DNA of 60,258 nucleotides from Gemmatimonadales bacterium (lineage in GTDB: Bacteria; Gemmatimonadota; Gemmatimonadetes; Gemmatimonadales; GWC2-71-9), in the NCBI GenBank assembly GCA_036558345.1, contig DATBFV010000215.1, positions 1-60,258 of the forward strand. The letters are read 5' to 3'. Position numbers and translations under genes: made by a program. A model generated the notes under the pieces. That model was not told the DNA's origin and did no database searches. It saw only the letters and a list, made by a program, of their open reading frames with translations. Below, piece by piece: positions 34,680 through 44,051 of the stretch (position 1 is the first letter of the stretch; each line of letters starts with the position of its first letter).

Positions 34680-36068
34680 CTACAGTGCGGACAATTCCTG
34701 GCGCGCCATCTCCACGCGCTCTTTGAATGTGCGGTCGCGCATCATTTGACGCTCGACCTTGTCCACGCTGTGAATCACCGTGGAGTGGTCCCGGCCGCCG
34801 AACGCCTGACCGATCTCGACCAGCTGCATGCCGAGCATGTCGCGGGCCAGGTACATCGCCACCTGCCGCGGGATCGTGAGCGTCTTGGTTCGCGCCTTGG
34901 ACCGAAGACCCTCGGGCGTGACGCCCCAGCGCCGTGCGACCACTTCCTGCACGCGGTCGATGCTGGGTGCCGAGCCGCTGCTAGCATAGGCGGCGCCTTC
35001 CTCGCCCTGACGGATCTTGTCCGACAGCGCGTCCCGGGCCAGCTCGATCGTCACTTCCCGGTTCTTGAGGGAGGCGAAGAGCAGGAGCTTGATGATGCAC
35101 CCTTCGAGCTCGCGCACACTGGAGCGAATGTGTTCGGCGATGAACCGCAGCACGTCGTCCGGAATGGTCAGTTCGAGATGATCCTGCTCGGCCTTCTTGC
35201 GCAGGATGGCGACGCGGTGCTCGAGATCGGGGTGCCCGATATCGGCCACCATGCCCCACTCGAAGCGGGAAATCAGCCGCTCTTCGAGCCCGGGAATCTC
35301 CTTCGGCGGCCGGTCCGAGGTCAGCACGATCTGCTTGTGGGCCTCGAACAAGGCGTTGAAGGTGTGGAAGAACTCCTCCTGCGTCATTTCCTTGCCTTCC
35401 AGGAAATGCACGTCGTCCACGAGGAGGAGATCCACGTCGTTGCGGTAGCGCCGGCGGAACTCGGACATCGTGCGCGCGTGAATCGATTCGATCACGTCGT
35501 TGATGAACTGTTCGGCGCCGAAGTACTGCAGCCGGGTCTCGGGGTTTTTCTCGAGCACCGCGTGCGCGATCGCCTGCATCAGGTGCGTCTTGCCGAGTCC
35601 GGTCGCGCCGTAGATGAACAGCGGGTTGTACGTTTTCCCCGGCGCTTCGGCGACGGCGTGCGCCGCCGCGGCGGCGAGCTCGTTCGACTTACCGATGACG
35701 AACGTCTGGAATGTGTAGCGTTCGTTGAGCGGTGTGGTCGCGACGGGGGACGCGGTGGCGACGGCGGCCGTGCTCGGCGGCGCGACGAAAAAGTCCATCT
35801 GGGGCCGGCGCTGCCGGTCTTCCTGCACGCGGAACACGATGGTGGTCGGGCGGCCCAGCACGCGCTCGGCGGCGCGTGCGAGGAGCGTGGCGTGTTTCGA
35901 TTCGTTCCACTCCGCCGCGAATTGATCGGGCGCGCCGAGGATCAGTCGCCCTTCGTCGAGCGCGATGGGCTGTGATGGCTCGAGCCACGTGCGCACCGTC
36001 GCCTCCGGAAGTTCACGGCGAGCTTCGTCGAGGAGGCGCTTCCAAGCTTCGTTTACCGATTGCTCCAT
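34680..36068 (-). CDS. dnaA: chromosomal replication initiator DnaA
   Basis: Walker [21 protein letters not shown], and C-terminal DNA-binding [15 protein letters not shown]. Confidence 0.98.
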   Translation of the reverse strand: MEQSVNEAWKRLLDEARRELPEATVRTWLEPSQPIALDEGRLILGAPDQFAAEWNESKHATLLARAAERVLGRPTTIVFRVQEDRQRRPQMDFFVAPPSTAAVATASPVATTPLNERYTFQTFVIGKSNELAAAAAHAVAEAPGKTYNPLFIYGATGLGKTHLMQAIAHAVLEKNPETRLQYFGAEQFINDVIESIHARTMSEFRRRYRNDVDLLLVDDVHFLEGKEMTQEEFFHTFNALFEAHKQIVLTSDRPPKEIPGLEERLISRFEWGMVADIGHPDLEHRVAILRKKAEQDHLELTIPDDVLRFIAEHIRSSVRELEGCIIKLLLFASLKNREVTIELARDALSDKIRQGEEGAAYASSGSAPSIDRVQEVVARRWGVTPEGLRSKARTKTLTIPRQVAMYLARDMLGMQLVEIGQAFGGRDHSTVIHSVDKVERQMMRDRTFKERVEMARQELSAL

Positions 36069-36128
36069 TACGATTTTTCAAAAAAAGGTAGGACGTCCGA
36101 CAAGGGCGGGCCGAAAGTACGGGCCGGG

Positions 36129-36137
36129 TGTGGAAAA
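36129..36137. promoter_or_regulatory. DnaA box (8/9 match) in the dnaA-rpmH spacer
   Basis: TGTGGAAAA versus the consensus TGTGGATAA. An A/T tract GATTTTTCAAAAAAAGG lies at about 36072-36088. Confidence 0.4.
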
Positions 36138-36197
36138 GTCAACCTTGACCGTCGCTTGACGAGCCGGGTAACTTTCCCCGCCTTACTCGAGGAATTT

Positions 36198-36359
36198 ATG
36201 GGACCGACTTATCGGCCGCGCAATCGGCGGCGCATCAATAAACACGGATTTCGCGCGCGGATGAAAACCGTCTGGGGCCGCGCTACACTGTCGCGTCGTC
36301 GCAAGAAGGGTCGCAAGCGTCTCACCGTCCGTTCTCCATCCAAACACCGGAGCCGGTAA
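36198..36359 (+). CDS. rpmH: 50S ribosomal protein L34
   Basis: [44 protein letters not shown] plus a short C-terminal extension. Confidence 0.9.
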   Translation: MGPTYRPRNRRRINKHGFRARMKTVWGRATLSRRRKKGRKRLTVRSPSKHRSR

Positions 36360-36383
36360 ACGCGCGAGCGGTTTCCGCGCCGC

Positions 36384-36698
36384 GTGCGCATCACGCGCGG
36401 CTCGGAGCTCACGTCCTGCTGGGAAGCAGGCACTCGCCGGCATACGCGGCATCTCGATGTGGTCTGGCGTCACAATGCTTCGGGTCATGCGCGGCTGGGA
36501 TTGATCGTGCCGCGTCATCAATCGTCGGCGGTGGCGCGCAATCGCCTGCGCCGGCGACTGCGTGAAATCCTGCGGCGCGACGTGCTCAGAACGCTTCCAT
36601 CCATCGATCTCGTGGTCCGCGCCAAGCGATCCGCGTACAGCGCCTCCTTTGCAGTCCTGCGCGCCGAATTGACCGGCGCCGTGGAGGCCCTGACGTGA
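36384..36698 (+). CDS. rnpA: RNase P protein component
   Basis: It lies after rpmH. It is basic, with [16 protein letters not shown] (RNR motif region). The GTG start is uncertain because family-like residues RERFPRR continue upstream without a canonical start. Confidence 0.85.
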   Translation: MRITRGSELTSCWEAGTRRHTRHLDVVWRHNASGHARLGLIVPRHQSSAVARNRLRRRLREILRRDVLRTLPSIDLVVRAKRSAYSASFAVLRAELTGAVEALT

Positions 36699-36922
36699 CA
36701 TTGCAACGACTGCCACGATTGGCCGTAATGACACTCATCCGTGGCTACCAGCTCACGCTGTCGCACCTCATGTTCACCCAATGCCGGTTCGTACCGTCGT
36801 GCTCGCGTTACACCTATGAGGCCGTCGAGCGCTACGGCGCGCTCCGCGGATCCTGGCTCGGCGTCCGCCGCATACTGAAGTGCCATCCATTCCACGCCGG
36901 CGGGTATGATCCAGTCCCATGA
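36695..36922 (+). CDS. yidD: membrane protein insertion efficiency factor YidD
   Basis: [66 protein letters not shown] overlap with rnpA. Confidence 0.95.
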   Translation: MTLQRLPRLAVMTLIRGYQLTLSHLMFTQCRFVPSCSRYTYEAVERYGALRGSWLGVRRILKCHPFHAGGYDPVP

Positions 36923-36961
36923 CTGCTAGCCGCGTAGCCGCCGAGCCGCCGAAGCCTCGTC

Positions 36962-38662
36962 ATGGATAAGAGACGGCTGCTCCTCGCGTTCGTGCTCATG
37001 CTGATCGTGGCGGTCGCGCCGTCGATCATCTGGCCGCCCAAGAAACCGTCGGTCCGTCCGAGCGTCGGACTGTCCGACAGTCTTCATCGAGCCGATTCGA
37101 CAGCGCCTCAAGCCGCGCCGCAGCCTGTACCGTCCAGCCGCCCAGCCGTCCAGCCGTCCAGCGACACCGGCCGCGTCGTCTGGGTGACATCGCCGCTCTA
37201 CCGGCTTGGCTTCAGCTCGAAAGGCGGTCGGCTGGTCTCGGCCGAGCTGCTGCAATACAAATCGTTCGCCCCAGGGGACACCGGTGGGCCGGTGCAGCTG
37301 GTGCCCACGGGCGACGCATTCCTGCGTCATCGGCTGTTGCTTTCCGGCGGCGATACCGTGTCGCTTGAGGACTGGAACTTCCAGCCGAGTCCCGATGCAC
37401 CGGGGGTCGAGGTATACGCCGGGCGGGGCGGCAAGCAGCTCCGCTTCGAGGCGGATCGCGCCGGTTCGCACGTGACGCTCGAATATTCTTTCGTGCCGGA
37501 TCAATACCGCTTCGAGGTGCATGGCACGGTGAGTGGACTGGGCTCGAGCGGCGCGATCCTGCTCCTCGACCTGGCCAATGGTCTGCGCTCGGTGGAGAAG
37601 GATTCGCTCGACGACTATCGCCACTACTCCATTGTCACCAAGGCGTCCAAAACGGAGCGCACCGACTTCGGAAAGATTCGACCGGGTCAGCGCGCGCTCT
37701 TCAACGGCCCCTTCGAATGGGTGGGCGTGAAATCGAAGTACTTCTTCCTCGCCGCGCTCGCGCTCCAGGAGGGGGAGCCGACATTCGCCGGTGCTGTTTC
37801 GGTTGGCGGCCCAAGGAGCGGCCGCGCGGCCTCACGGGCGAATGTAATGGTGACGATGCCGGTGCAGCCCGGCGGCTCATTCCATTATCAGGTATACGCG
37901 GGACCACTCGAGAATCGTCACCTCGCGCCGCTGGGTCACGGGCTCGACGACGCCAATCCGTACGGCGGCATCTTCCGGCCCATCATCCAGCCCGTATCGG
38001 TCTTCGTCGTCAACATCCTGCTCTGGATGCACGAACGTCTGCACCTCGCGTATGGGTGGGCGCTGATCCTGTTCGGCATCGTCATCCGCATTCTGCTGTG
38101 GCCGCTCAACCAGAAGGCGATGGAGTCGGGCATCCGGATGCAGGCGGTCGCGCCGCTGATCAAAGAGACGCAGGACAAGTACAAGGACGATCCGGCACGG
38201 CTGCAGCGCGAGATGCTGCGCATTTACAAGGAATACAAGGTCAATCCCTTCGGCGGCTGCTTGCCGATGCTCCTGCCCTGGCCGGTGTTGCTCGCGCTCT
38301 TCTTCGTGTTCGCGAATACGATCATCTTCCGCGGTGTGCCGTTCCTGTGGCTCCCGGATCTGTCGCGACCCGATCCCTTCCGGATCATCCCGATCGTGCT
38401 CGGCCTTTCGATGTTCGGGCTATCCAAGGTCGGCCAGATCGGCGTTCCGCCCAATCCGCAGACCCGCATGATGGTGTACTTCATGCCGTTGATGATGACG
38501 TTCCTGTTCCTCAACTTTGCGTCGGGGCTGAATCTGTATTACGCGGCGCAGAACCTCTTCAGCATTCCGCAGCAGTACATGATCGCGAAGCGGCGGCTCC
38601 GCGAAGCGCCGGTGGCCGGCGTTCGGGTGCCCGCGCCGCCGGCTCCGGCACGCAAGACCTAG
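36962..38662 (+). CDS. yidC: membrane protein insertase YidC
   Basis: N-terminal TM, a large periplasmic domain, and the conserved core WGWALILFGIVIRILLWPL...KVNPFGGCLPMLLPWPVLLALF. Confidence 0.95.
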   Translation: MDKRRLLLAFVLMLIVAVAPSIIWPPKKPSVRPSVGLSDSLHRADSTAPQAAPQPVPSSRPAVQPSSDTGRVVWVTSPLYRLGFSSKGGRLVSAELLQYKSFAPGDTGGPVQLVPTGDAFLRHRLLLSGGDTVSLEDWNFQPSPDAPGVEVYAGRGGKQLRFEADRAGSHVTLEYSFVPDQYRFEVHGTVSGLGSSGAILLLDLANGLRSVEKDSLDDYRHYSIVTKASKTERTDFGKIRPGQRALFNGPFEWVGVKSKYFFLAALALQEGEPTFAGAVSVGGPRSGRAASRANVMVTMPVQPGGSFHYQVYAGPLENRHLAPLGHGLDDANPYGGIFRPIIQPVSVFVVNILLWMHERLHLAYGWALILFGIVIRILLWPLNQKAMESGIRMQAVAPLIKETQDKYKDDPARLQREMLRIYKEYKVNPFGGCLPMLLPWPVLLALFFVFANTIIFRGVPFLWLPDLSRPDPFRIIPIVLGLSMFGLSKVGQIGVPPNPQTRMMVYFMPLMMTFLFLNFASGLNLYYAAQNLFSIPQQYMIAKRRLREAPVAGVRVPAPPAPARKT

Positions 38663-38663
38663 A

Positions 38664-39974
38664 CTGCTCACCGACACCATTGTTGCGCTCGCGACGCCTC
38701 CCGGCCGCTCGGCCCTCGCGCTAGTCCGTCTGTCGGGTCGCGACGCATTCGCGCTCGCCGGCCGCTGTCTCGAACCGTTTCATCCCACGCCGCCGCGTAC
38801 CGTTTTCCGAACGCGTTTACGCCATCCCGAAACGCGCGAGCTCGTAGACGATTGCCTCGCCGCTTCCTTCCGTGCGCCGCACTCTTACACGGGCGACGAC
38901 CTGGTCGAGATCTCGACCCATGGCGGTCTGGTCGTGCCGGCCGCCGCGGTCGCGGCGCTCGTGTCGGCAGGGGCGCGGCCGGCAATGCCGGGCGAATTCA
39001 CGCGCCGGGCGGTGCTGAGCGGCAAGATGGACCTGCTCCAGGCGGAGGCCACCGCGGATCTCATCGATGCGGGATCACCGGCCCAGCGCCGTCGCGCGCT
39101 GCAACAACTCGAGCGCGGGCTCTCGGACCGCCTGGCAGCGCTGCGCAGCGAGATTCTGGAGCTCGAGGCGTTGCTGGCCTATGACATCGATTTTCCGGAA
39201 GAAGATGAAGGACCCGTGAGTCCCGAACGGGTGCGCGGTGCATGGTCCGCGGTGCGCGGGCGCGTCGCTGATCTGCTCGAGACCGCACCCGAAGGCGAAC
39301 GGCTGCGCGAGGGCGCGCTGCTCGTGATCGCGGGCCGGCCCAACACCGGCAAGTCGTCGCTGTTCAACGCACTGCTCGGCACCGAGCGCGCGATTGTGAC
39401 CGAGATCCCGGGGACGACCCGCGACGCCATCGAAGCCCAGGCGGTGATCGAGGGCTTCCCATTTCGGCTGGTGGACACGGCCGGGTTGCGCGATGCCGAC
39501 GAGCGCATCGAGCAGTTGGGCATCGAGGTGAGCAGAAAGTATCTCGCCGCCGCCGATCTCGTTCTGTTTTGCGAAGACAACGCCGACCCTTCGCGCACGG
39601 CGTTCCTGGCCCAGGTCAGCGCACCCGTGGTGGTCGTGCGGACGAAAGCGGACCTGAGCGGGGTCGGAGTCTCTGTGGTGACTGGGCAGGGGATCGCCGA
39701 GCTGAGGCGCCAGCTCGCCGAGGTCGCGTTCGGACGCCTGCTCGCGCTCGGTGACGTAGAACCGGTGGTGACGCGGGCGCGCCATCGCGCCGCGCTCGAG
39801 CGCGCCCTACGGGAGCTCGACGAGTTTTGGGCCGCGCGGACGAGCGGGATCGATGCCGTGGCCGCAGCCACGCATCTGCGCGCCGCCGTCCTGGCGCTCG
39901 ACGATTTGATTGGCGCGGTTACGCCGGAGGATGTGCTCGACCGGGTGTTCGCGGCGTTTTGCGTGGGGAAGTGA
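38664..39974 (+). CDS. mnmE: tRNA modification GTPase MnmE (non-canonical start inferred)
   Basis: In-frame translation from 38664 gives LLTDTIVALATPPGRSALALVRLSG...YTGDDLVEISTHGG (TrmE N-domain). The G domain has GRPNTGKSSLFNAL and DTAGLR, and the C-terminus is FCVGK. The first ATG/GTG/TTG in frame is only at 38934. Confidence 0.85.
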   Translation: MLTDTIVALATPPGRSALALVRLSGRDAFALAGRCLEPFHPTPPRTVFRTRLRHPETRELVDDCLAASFRAPHSYTGDDLVEISTHGGLVVPAAAVAALVSAGARPAMPGEFTRRAVLSGKMDLLQAEATADLIDAGSPAQRRRALQQLERGLSDRLAALRSEILELEALLAYDIDFPEEDEGPVSPERVRGAWSAVRGRVADLLETAPEGERLREGALLVIAGRPNTGKSSLFNALLGTERAIVTEIPGTTRDAIEAQAVIEGFPFRLVDTAGLRDADERIEQLGIEVSRKYLAAADLVLFCEDNADPSRTAFLAQVSAPVVVVRTKADLSGVGVSVVTGQGIAELRRQLAEVAFGRLLALGDVEPVVTRARHRAALERALRELDEFWAARTSGIDAVAAATHLRAAVLALDDLIGAVTPEDVLDRVFAAFCVGK

Positions 39975-39983
39975 GCGCTTCGA

Positions 39984-40334
39984 TCACGGCCCCACGAACT
40001 TCTTCGTCGTTCCGCGCAGTACGCTGGCGCCAGGCTTGGGCCGCCACAGCGCTGTCTGCTCGATGAGCTGCGCCAGCTCCATGTCGCTCGCGGTCACGCC
40101 GCCCGCGCTGTGCGTCCACAGCTTGACCTGTACCTTGCCCCAGCTCACCGCCAGATCGGGATGATGGTCTGCCGCCTCAGCGAAGAACCCGATCGCATTG
40201 ACCAGCATCAACGTGGTGGGCCAGCCGTCGGTCTGATACTCGCGCACGATGGCACCGTCTTCGAGCCGCCAGCCCGGTAGACCCTTGAGTCGATCGCCGA
40301 TTTCGGCCGGGGACAGCTTAGTCGAGGTCTTCAC
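39984..40334 (-). CDS. 4a-hydroxytetrahydrobiopterin (pterin-4a-carbinolamine) dehydratase
   Basis: ...GWRLEDGAIVREY...FAEAADHHPDLAVSWGKVQVKLWTH. The start is set at GTG 40334, overlapping the upstream gene by 17 nt. Confidence 0.8.
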   Translation of the reverse strand: MKTSTKLSPAEIGDRLKGLPGWRLEDGAIVREYQTDGWPTTLMLVNAIGFFAEAADHHPDLAVSWGKVQVKLWTHSAGGVTASDMELAQLIEQTALWRPKPGASVLRGTTKKFVGP

Positions 40335-40812
40335 GGTAGCTCGCTGACTGGCCGAAGTTCTCCTCCACCTCAACCTCGATCGTCTTGAGACGGACGGAGC
40401 CGAGCTCGGCGCGGACCCGGCCCGCGAGATACTGGGCCAGCATTTCGACTGTCGTATTCGGGATCGGCAGGATCACGCAATCACCCGTCGGAAAGACGTA
40501 GCGCGGCTGGCCGGCAAATGCGACGCGCACGCTGCCGTTCGCTTCGGAGATCTCGAGTTGGGGATTGTCGCGCGGCAGCAGCACGCGATGATCGAGCTCT
40601 GCGGTGAGGGTGCGCATCACTTTCTTGACGGCGGAGAAATCCACCACGAACCAGCTGTCTTCCTCGAGCCCGCCCTCGACCACCAGGCTGGCGCGGTAGT
40701 TATGGCCGTGGAGTTTTTCGCAGCGGTGACCGGCAAACGTGATGAAGTGCGCGGCCGCGAAGACCAGGTCCTCTTTGGTGATCGATACCTTGAATTCGCC
40801 GCGTGTGCCCAT
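40318..40812 (-). CDS. 6-pyruvoyl/6-carboxy-tetrahydropterin synthase family protein (PTPS/QueD)
   Basis: FAAAHFITFAGHRCEKLHGHNY (C-x3-HGH) and VVDFSAVK. Confidence 0.8.
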   Translation of the reverse strand: MGTRGEFKVSITKEDLVFAAAHFITFAGHRCEKLHGHNYRASLVVEGGLEEDSWFVVDFSAVKKVMRTLTAELDHRVLLPRDNPQLEISEANGSVRVAFAGQPRYVFPTGDCVILPIPNTTVEMLAQYLAGRVRAELGSVRLKTIEVEVEENFGQSASYREDLD

Positions 40813-40824
40813 ACTTCGCGTAAT

Positions 40825-41094
40825 CTACTCCGGAGGCAGAGCCTCGCCTGTCGAGAGTCGCCACACTTCGTCCGCCAACCATTCCAGGCGCTGCTGGGCG
40901 TAGTCGAGCTCGGCGGGGGTCATCGTCTTGGCCCGGCGCGCAATCTCCCGCGTATGGGCGAGCAGGTCGTCGAGCGCTTCGCGCAGCGGACGGTTGCGGC
41001 GCCGATCCGCGGGGGGCGCCGCCCCCGCCCCCGCCCCCGACGCCGGCGCTCCTGCCCCAACCGGCCCTCCCTGCCTCTTTCCCCGCGTCGTCAC
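40825..41094 (-). CDS. small hypothetical protein (89 aa)
   Basis: A Gly/Ala/Pro-rich N-terminus is followed by a helical C-terminus LDDLLAHTREIARRAKTMTPAELDYAQQRLEWLADEVWRL. ATGA overlap with the upstream gene. Confidence 0.5.
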   Translation of the reverse strand: MTTRGKRQGGPVGAGAPASGAGAGAAPPADRRRNRPLREALDDLLAHTREIARRAKTMTPAELDYAQQRLEWLADEVWRLSTGEALPPE

Positions 41095-42035
41095 GCCGTC
41101 TGGATCCCCATGGCCCGATCGTCCGCCTGCCGCACCTCCTCCACCGCCGCTCGCACGGTCGAGGCGGCGCCGTGCTCCGCGAAGTAGTTCTCCACCAGCC
41201 GAAGGCCCAGATAATACCCGGAGCGCTCCGGAAGGACCCTGCCGGCGAGCAGCCGCGCAGCGGGACTGATTCCACCGGAGAGATACCGGAGCCTGAGGCC
41301 CAGCCCCGCGGATTCGAGGTCGGCGGCGGAGGCGCGGCGCAGAAATGCATCCAGCTCACGCAGCCGACGATACTGACGCCGGTTGTAGCCGAAGTATTCC
41401 CAGGCGTCAAAGCCCGGTGCCACCGCCTGGGAGGCCGCGATCGCCGCACCTTCGTTCACGACCAGCTCGCGCAGCGTCGCGCGCGAGCCGATCTCCCACG
41501 CGTCATAGTATCCGCCGAGGTCGCTTACGAACCGGCGCAACGCCGCTCGGCTCGTCGGAGACGTGTAGCGCAGCACGTGCGCCACTTCGTGCGCGATCCA
41601 CAGTGGCAGGAGCGTTGGCACGAGCCCCATGCCGTAGCTCTGCGCGTTGGCGCGACCAGTAAAGTGCTCGAGACAGACGAATGCGATGCCGCGGCCGCCC
41701 ACGACCAGCTCTCCCGCGTTCGCGGCCCCAACGCCGACCATCAAGTAGAGATCGACGGGAGCGTCGGCCTCGAGCAGCTCCGTCGCACGCCTCAAGCCTT
41801 CTTCGGCGACGGCGATCACGTCCACGTCTTCGAGCAGTCGCTTCAAGTCGCTGCGGTCGGCGCGCACCGCCGTCGCGATGATCGGCTCCGCGTGTGGCGA
41901 GTTGGGGTCGAGCACATAGTTGTGCCAGTACGCGCTCAGGACGGGACGGTGGCGATCGAGGTACTCGTGGTATGCCGCGGAAGGATCAGGTGCGGCCAGC
42001 GTCGCGAGGAATTCGGGAACGAGATTGACGAGCAT
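41091..42035 (-). CDS. DUF2268-like predicted zinc-dependent protease
   Basis: The HExxH site is WIAHEVAHVLRY. The length and overall pattern resemble DUF2268. Confidence 0.6.
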   Translation of the reverse strand: MLVNLVPEFLATLAAPDPSAAYHEYLDRHRPVLSAYWHNYVLDPNSPHAEPIIATAVRADRSDLKRLLEDVDVIAVAEEGLRRATELLEADAPVDLYLMVGVGAANAGELVVGGRGIAFVCLEHFTGRANAQSYGMGLVPTLLPLWIAHEVAHVLRYTSPTSRAALRRFVSDLGGYYDAWEIGSRATLRELVVNEGAAIAASQAVAPGFDAWEYFGYNRRQYRRLRELDAFLRRASAADLESAGLGLRLRYLSGGISPAARLLAGRVLPERSGYYLGLRLVENYFAEHGAASTVRAAVEEVRQADDRAMGIQTA

Positions 42036-42120
42036 TGCGCTGGTTGCCGCCCAATTTGGGACGCGGTCCGGCGGAATTCAATCTCGTAACACCGCGACAC
42101 CAGCTCGCGGCGACTTGACA

Positions 42121-42996
42121 CTACGCCTTCGGCGGCGTACGCAACCGGCGGCTGATTTCGGTGAGGAACTTGCGTTCGGCCGGCGTGAGACTGTCGACCC
42201 CGCTCGCGATGATCTTATCGAGCACGCGGTCGATTTCGGCGCTGGCGCGCGCGTCCGGCGGAGGACCGCCGCGCGAGCTCGCGGCGCGCGCCGACGGCGG
42301 GATGCCGCTGCCGCGACTCACGCGCGGCGGCTGCGACACGAGCACGCTCGACTCCGAGACCTGACTCCCGCGCCGCTCGCCGCGCGTGACGTACCAGTCC
42401 TGGCCCTTGAGGTAGAGCAGCGCGGTGGCGACGCCGCCGAGGTGCGCGAGATGGGCCGTGCCGTCGCTCGCGCCGATCAAGGCCAGCACGAGATCCACGC
42501 CCACGAGAAATACGACGAGCCATTTCGCCGGAATCGGATCCGGCAGCGGGAATACGAAGACCGGATGGTCGGGCCAATACCAGGCAAACGCGATCGCGAC
42601 GCCGAGCACGGCGCTCGACGCGCCGAGGATCTGCGTCATCCGCATCGCCTGCATCAGCAGAAACGATGCGGCCGCGCCCCCAATACCGCACAGGATATAG
42701 AAGAGGAAGAATTTCCGGCCGCCCATCCGCTCTTCCACTGATGAGCCGAACACGAACAGCACGAGCATGTTGAACGCGAGGTGCAGGATCCCCGCGTGCA
42801 GGAACATGTAGGTGACGAACGTCCACGGCTGGTCCCAGGCAGCCAGCGGGATGAACGCGAATGCTTTGGTGAAGTTGGAATTGACGAACAGCGTGTTCTG
42901 AATCAGAAACACGAACAGGTTGGCGACCAGAAGTCGCCGCACCCACGTCGTCAAACCGTACATTCTCTGCGGGCCCATCAGTACCTCGGCGTCCAC
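42121..42996 (-). CDS. rhomboid-family intramembrane serine protease
   Basis: HAGILHLAFNM, FGSSVEERMG, GASSAVLG (catalytic Ser) and HLAHLGG (His). The start could be a downstream Met (MYGLTTW). Confidence 0.88.
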   Translation of the reverse strand: MDAEVLMGPQRMYGLTTWVRRLLVANLFVFLIQNTLFVNSNFTKAFAFIPLAAWDQPWTFVTYMFLHAGILHLAFNMLVLFVFGSSVEERMGGRKFFLFYILCGIGGAAASFLLMQAMRMTQILGASSAVLGVAIAFAWYWPDHPVFVFPLPDPIPAKWLVVFLVGVDLVLALIGASDGTAHLAHLGGVATALLYLKGQDWYVTRGERRGSQVSESSVLVSQPPRVSRGSGIPPSARAASSRGGPPPDARASAEIDRVLDKIIASGVDSLTPAERKFLTEISRRLRTPPKA

Positions 42997-43043
42997 TATG
43001 CGTCTAAGCGGCTCGGCGTCCTCCGCATGTTATATCCCCCCTC

Positions 43044-44051
43044 CTAGGGACGCTTGTTCCGAGCCAGGCTGGCGATCCGCTCACACAACTCGGCGAAGGG
43101 GATTCCCGCGGCCTGCGCGGCCTGAGGGAACAAACTCGTGCGGGTCATTCCCGGCAGGGAGTTCGCCTCCAAACAAAAGATGTCTCCCTCCCGGCTCACC
43201 CGAAAGTCGATCCGCGAGTAGCCGCTGAGCTTCAAGGCGCGGTGCGCCATCAGCGCATACTCCTGCAATTGTCGGGCGAGCGCGCTGTCAATCCTGGCCG
43301 GGAACGTCTCCTCAGACATCCCAGGCGTGTACTTCGTCTCATAGTCGAACAATTCGTGCTTTGGGACTATTTGCCCTACGGGCAACGGCACGTCACCCAG
43401 AACGCCCACCGTCAGCTCCCTCCCGGGTATGAACTGCTCCGCCATGACTTCGTCGTCGTAGCGAGCCGCCAGCTTCACCGCGCTGTCCAAATCCTGGGCC
43501 TTCTTCACCAGTGTCAAGCCGACCGAGGAGCCCTGCTTGGACGGCTTTATGATGACCGGCCAACCCAGGGCCGTGGTCACATCGTCAGGGCCCACCGGCG
43601 CCATGAACCAGGCCGGTACCGGCACCCCCATCGCGCGGAACAGCCGCTTGGACAAGTCTTTATCCATCGCCAGCGCGCTCGCGAGCGGCCCGCTTCCGGT
43701 GTAGGGGATGCCGATGACGTCGAGCACCGCCTGCAGCGTGCCGCCTTCCAGGGCACCACCGTGCACCGCGAGGAACAGCACCTCCGCAGTCCGTACCGGC
43801 TCGAGCTCCGCCAATCCTTCCGACAGCATGTGACGCTCTCGCTCCGCCAGCGCCTCCACGCTCGGCGGCGTGAGGCCGACCGCACCACCCAGCAGCTCGC
43901 GCTCGCCGCGCTCGTCCAGCACGCTGCCCGCCAGATCGACGACGCGCACGTCATGGTGCCGGGTCCGGAGCGCGGCCACGATCTGTGACGCACTCGCGAA
44001 GGCGACGGCGCGCTCCGGCGTCGCGCCCCCTGTGAGCACCGTCACACGCAT
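43044..44051 (-). CDS. ddl: D-alanine--D-alanine ligase
   Basis: HGGALEGGTLQAVLDVIGIPYTGSG, DKDLSKRLF and the ATP-grasp end CLEANSLPGMT. Confidence 0.95.
   Translation of the reverse strand: MRVTVLTGGATPERAVAFASASQIVAALRTRHHDVRVVDLAGSVLDERGERELLGGAVGLTPPSVEALAERERHMLSEGLAELEPVRTAEVLFLAVHGGALEGGTLQAVLDVIGIPYTGSGPLASALAMDKDLSKRLFRAMGVPVPAWFMAPVGPDDVTTALGWPVIIKPSKQGSSVGLTLVKKAQDLDSAVKLAARYDDEVMAEQFIPGRELTVGVLGDVPLPVGQIVPKHELFDYETKYTPGMSEETFPARIDSALARQLQEYALMAHRALKLSGYSRIDFRVSREGDIFCLEANSLPGMTRTSLFPQAAQAAGIPFAELCERIASLARNKRP

Noticed and set aside
40981-41045. C-run/G-run tract (CCCCCGCCCCCGCCCCCG) considered as a G-quadruplex.
   Set aside because: It has only three G5 runs on the minus strand with no fourth run close by, and it simply encodes a Gly/Ala-rich peptide. 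It is weaker than the four-run motif at 27578-27600.
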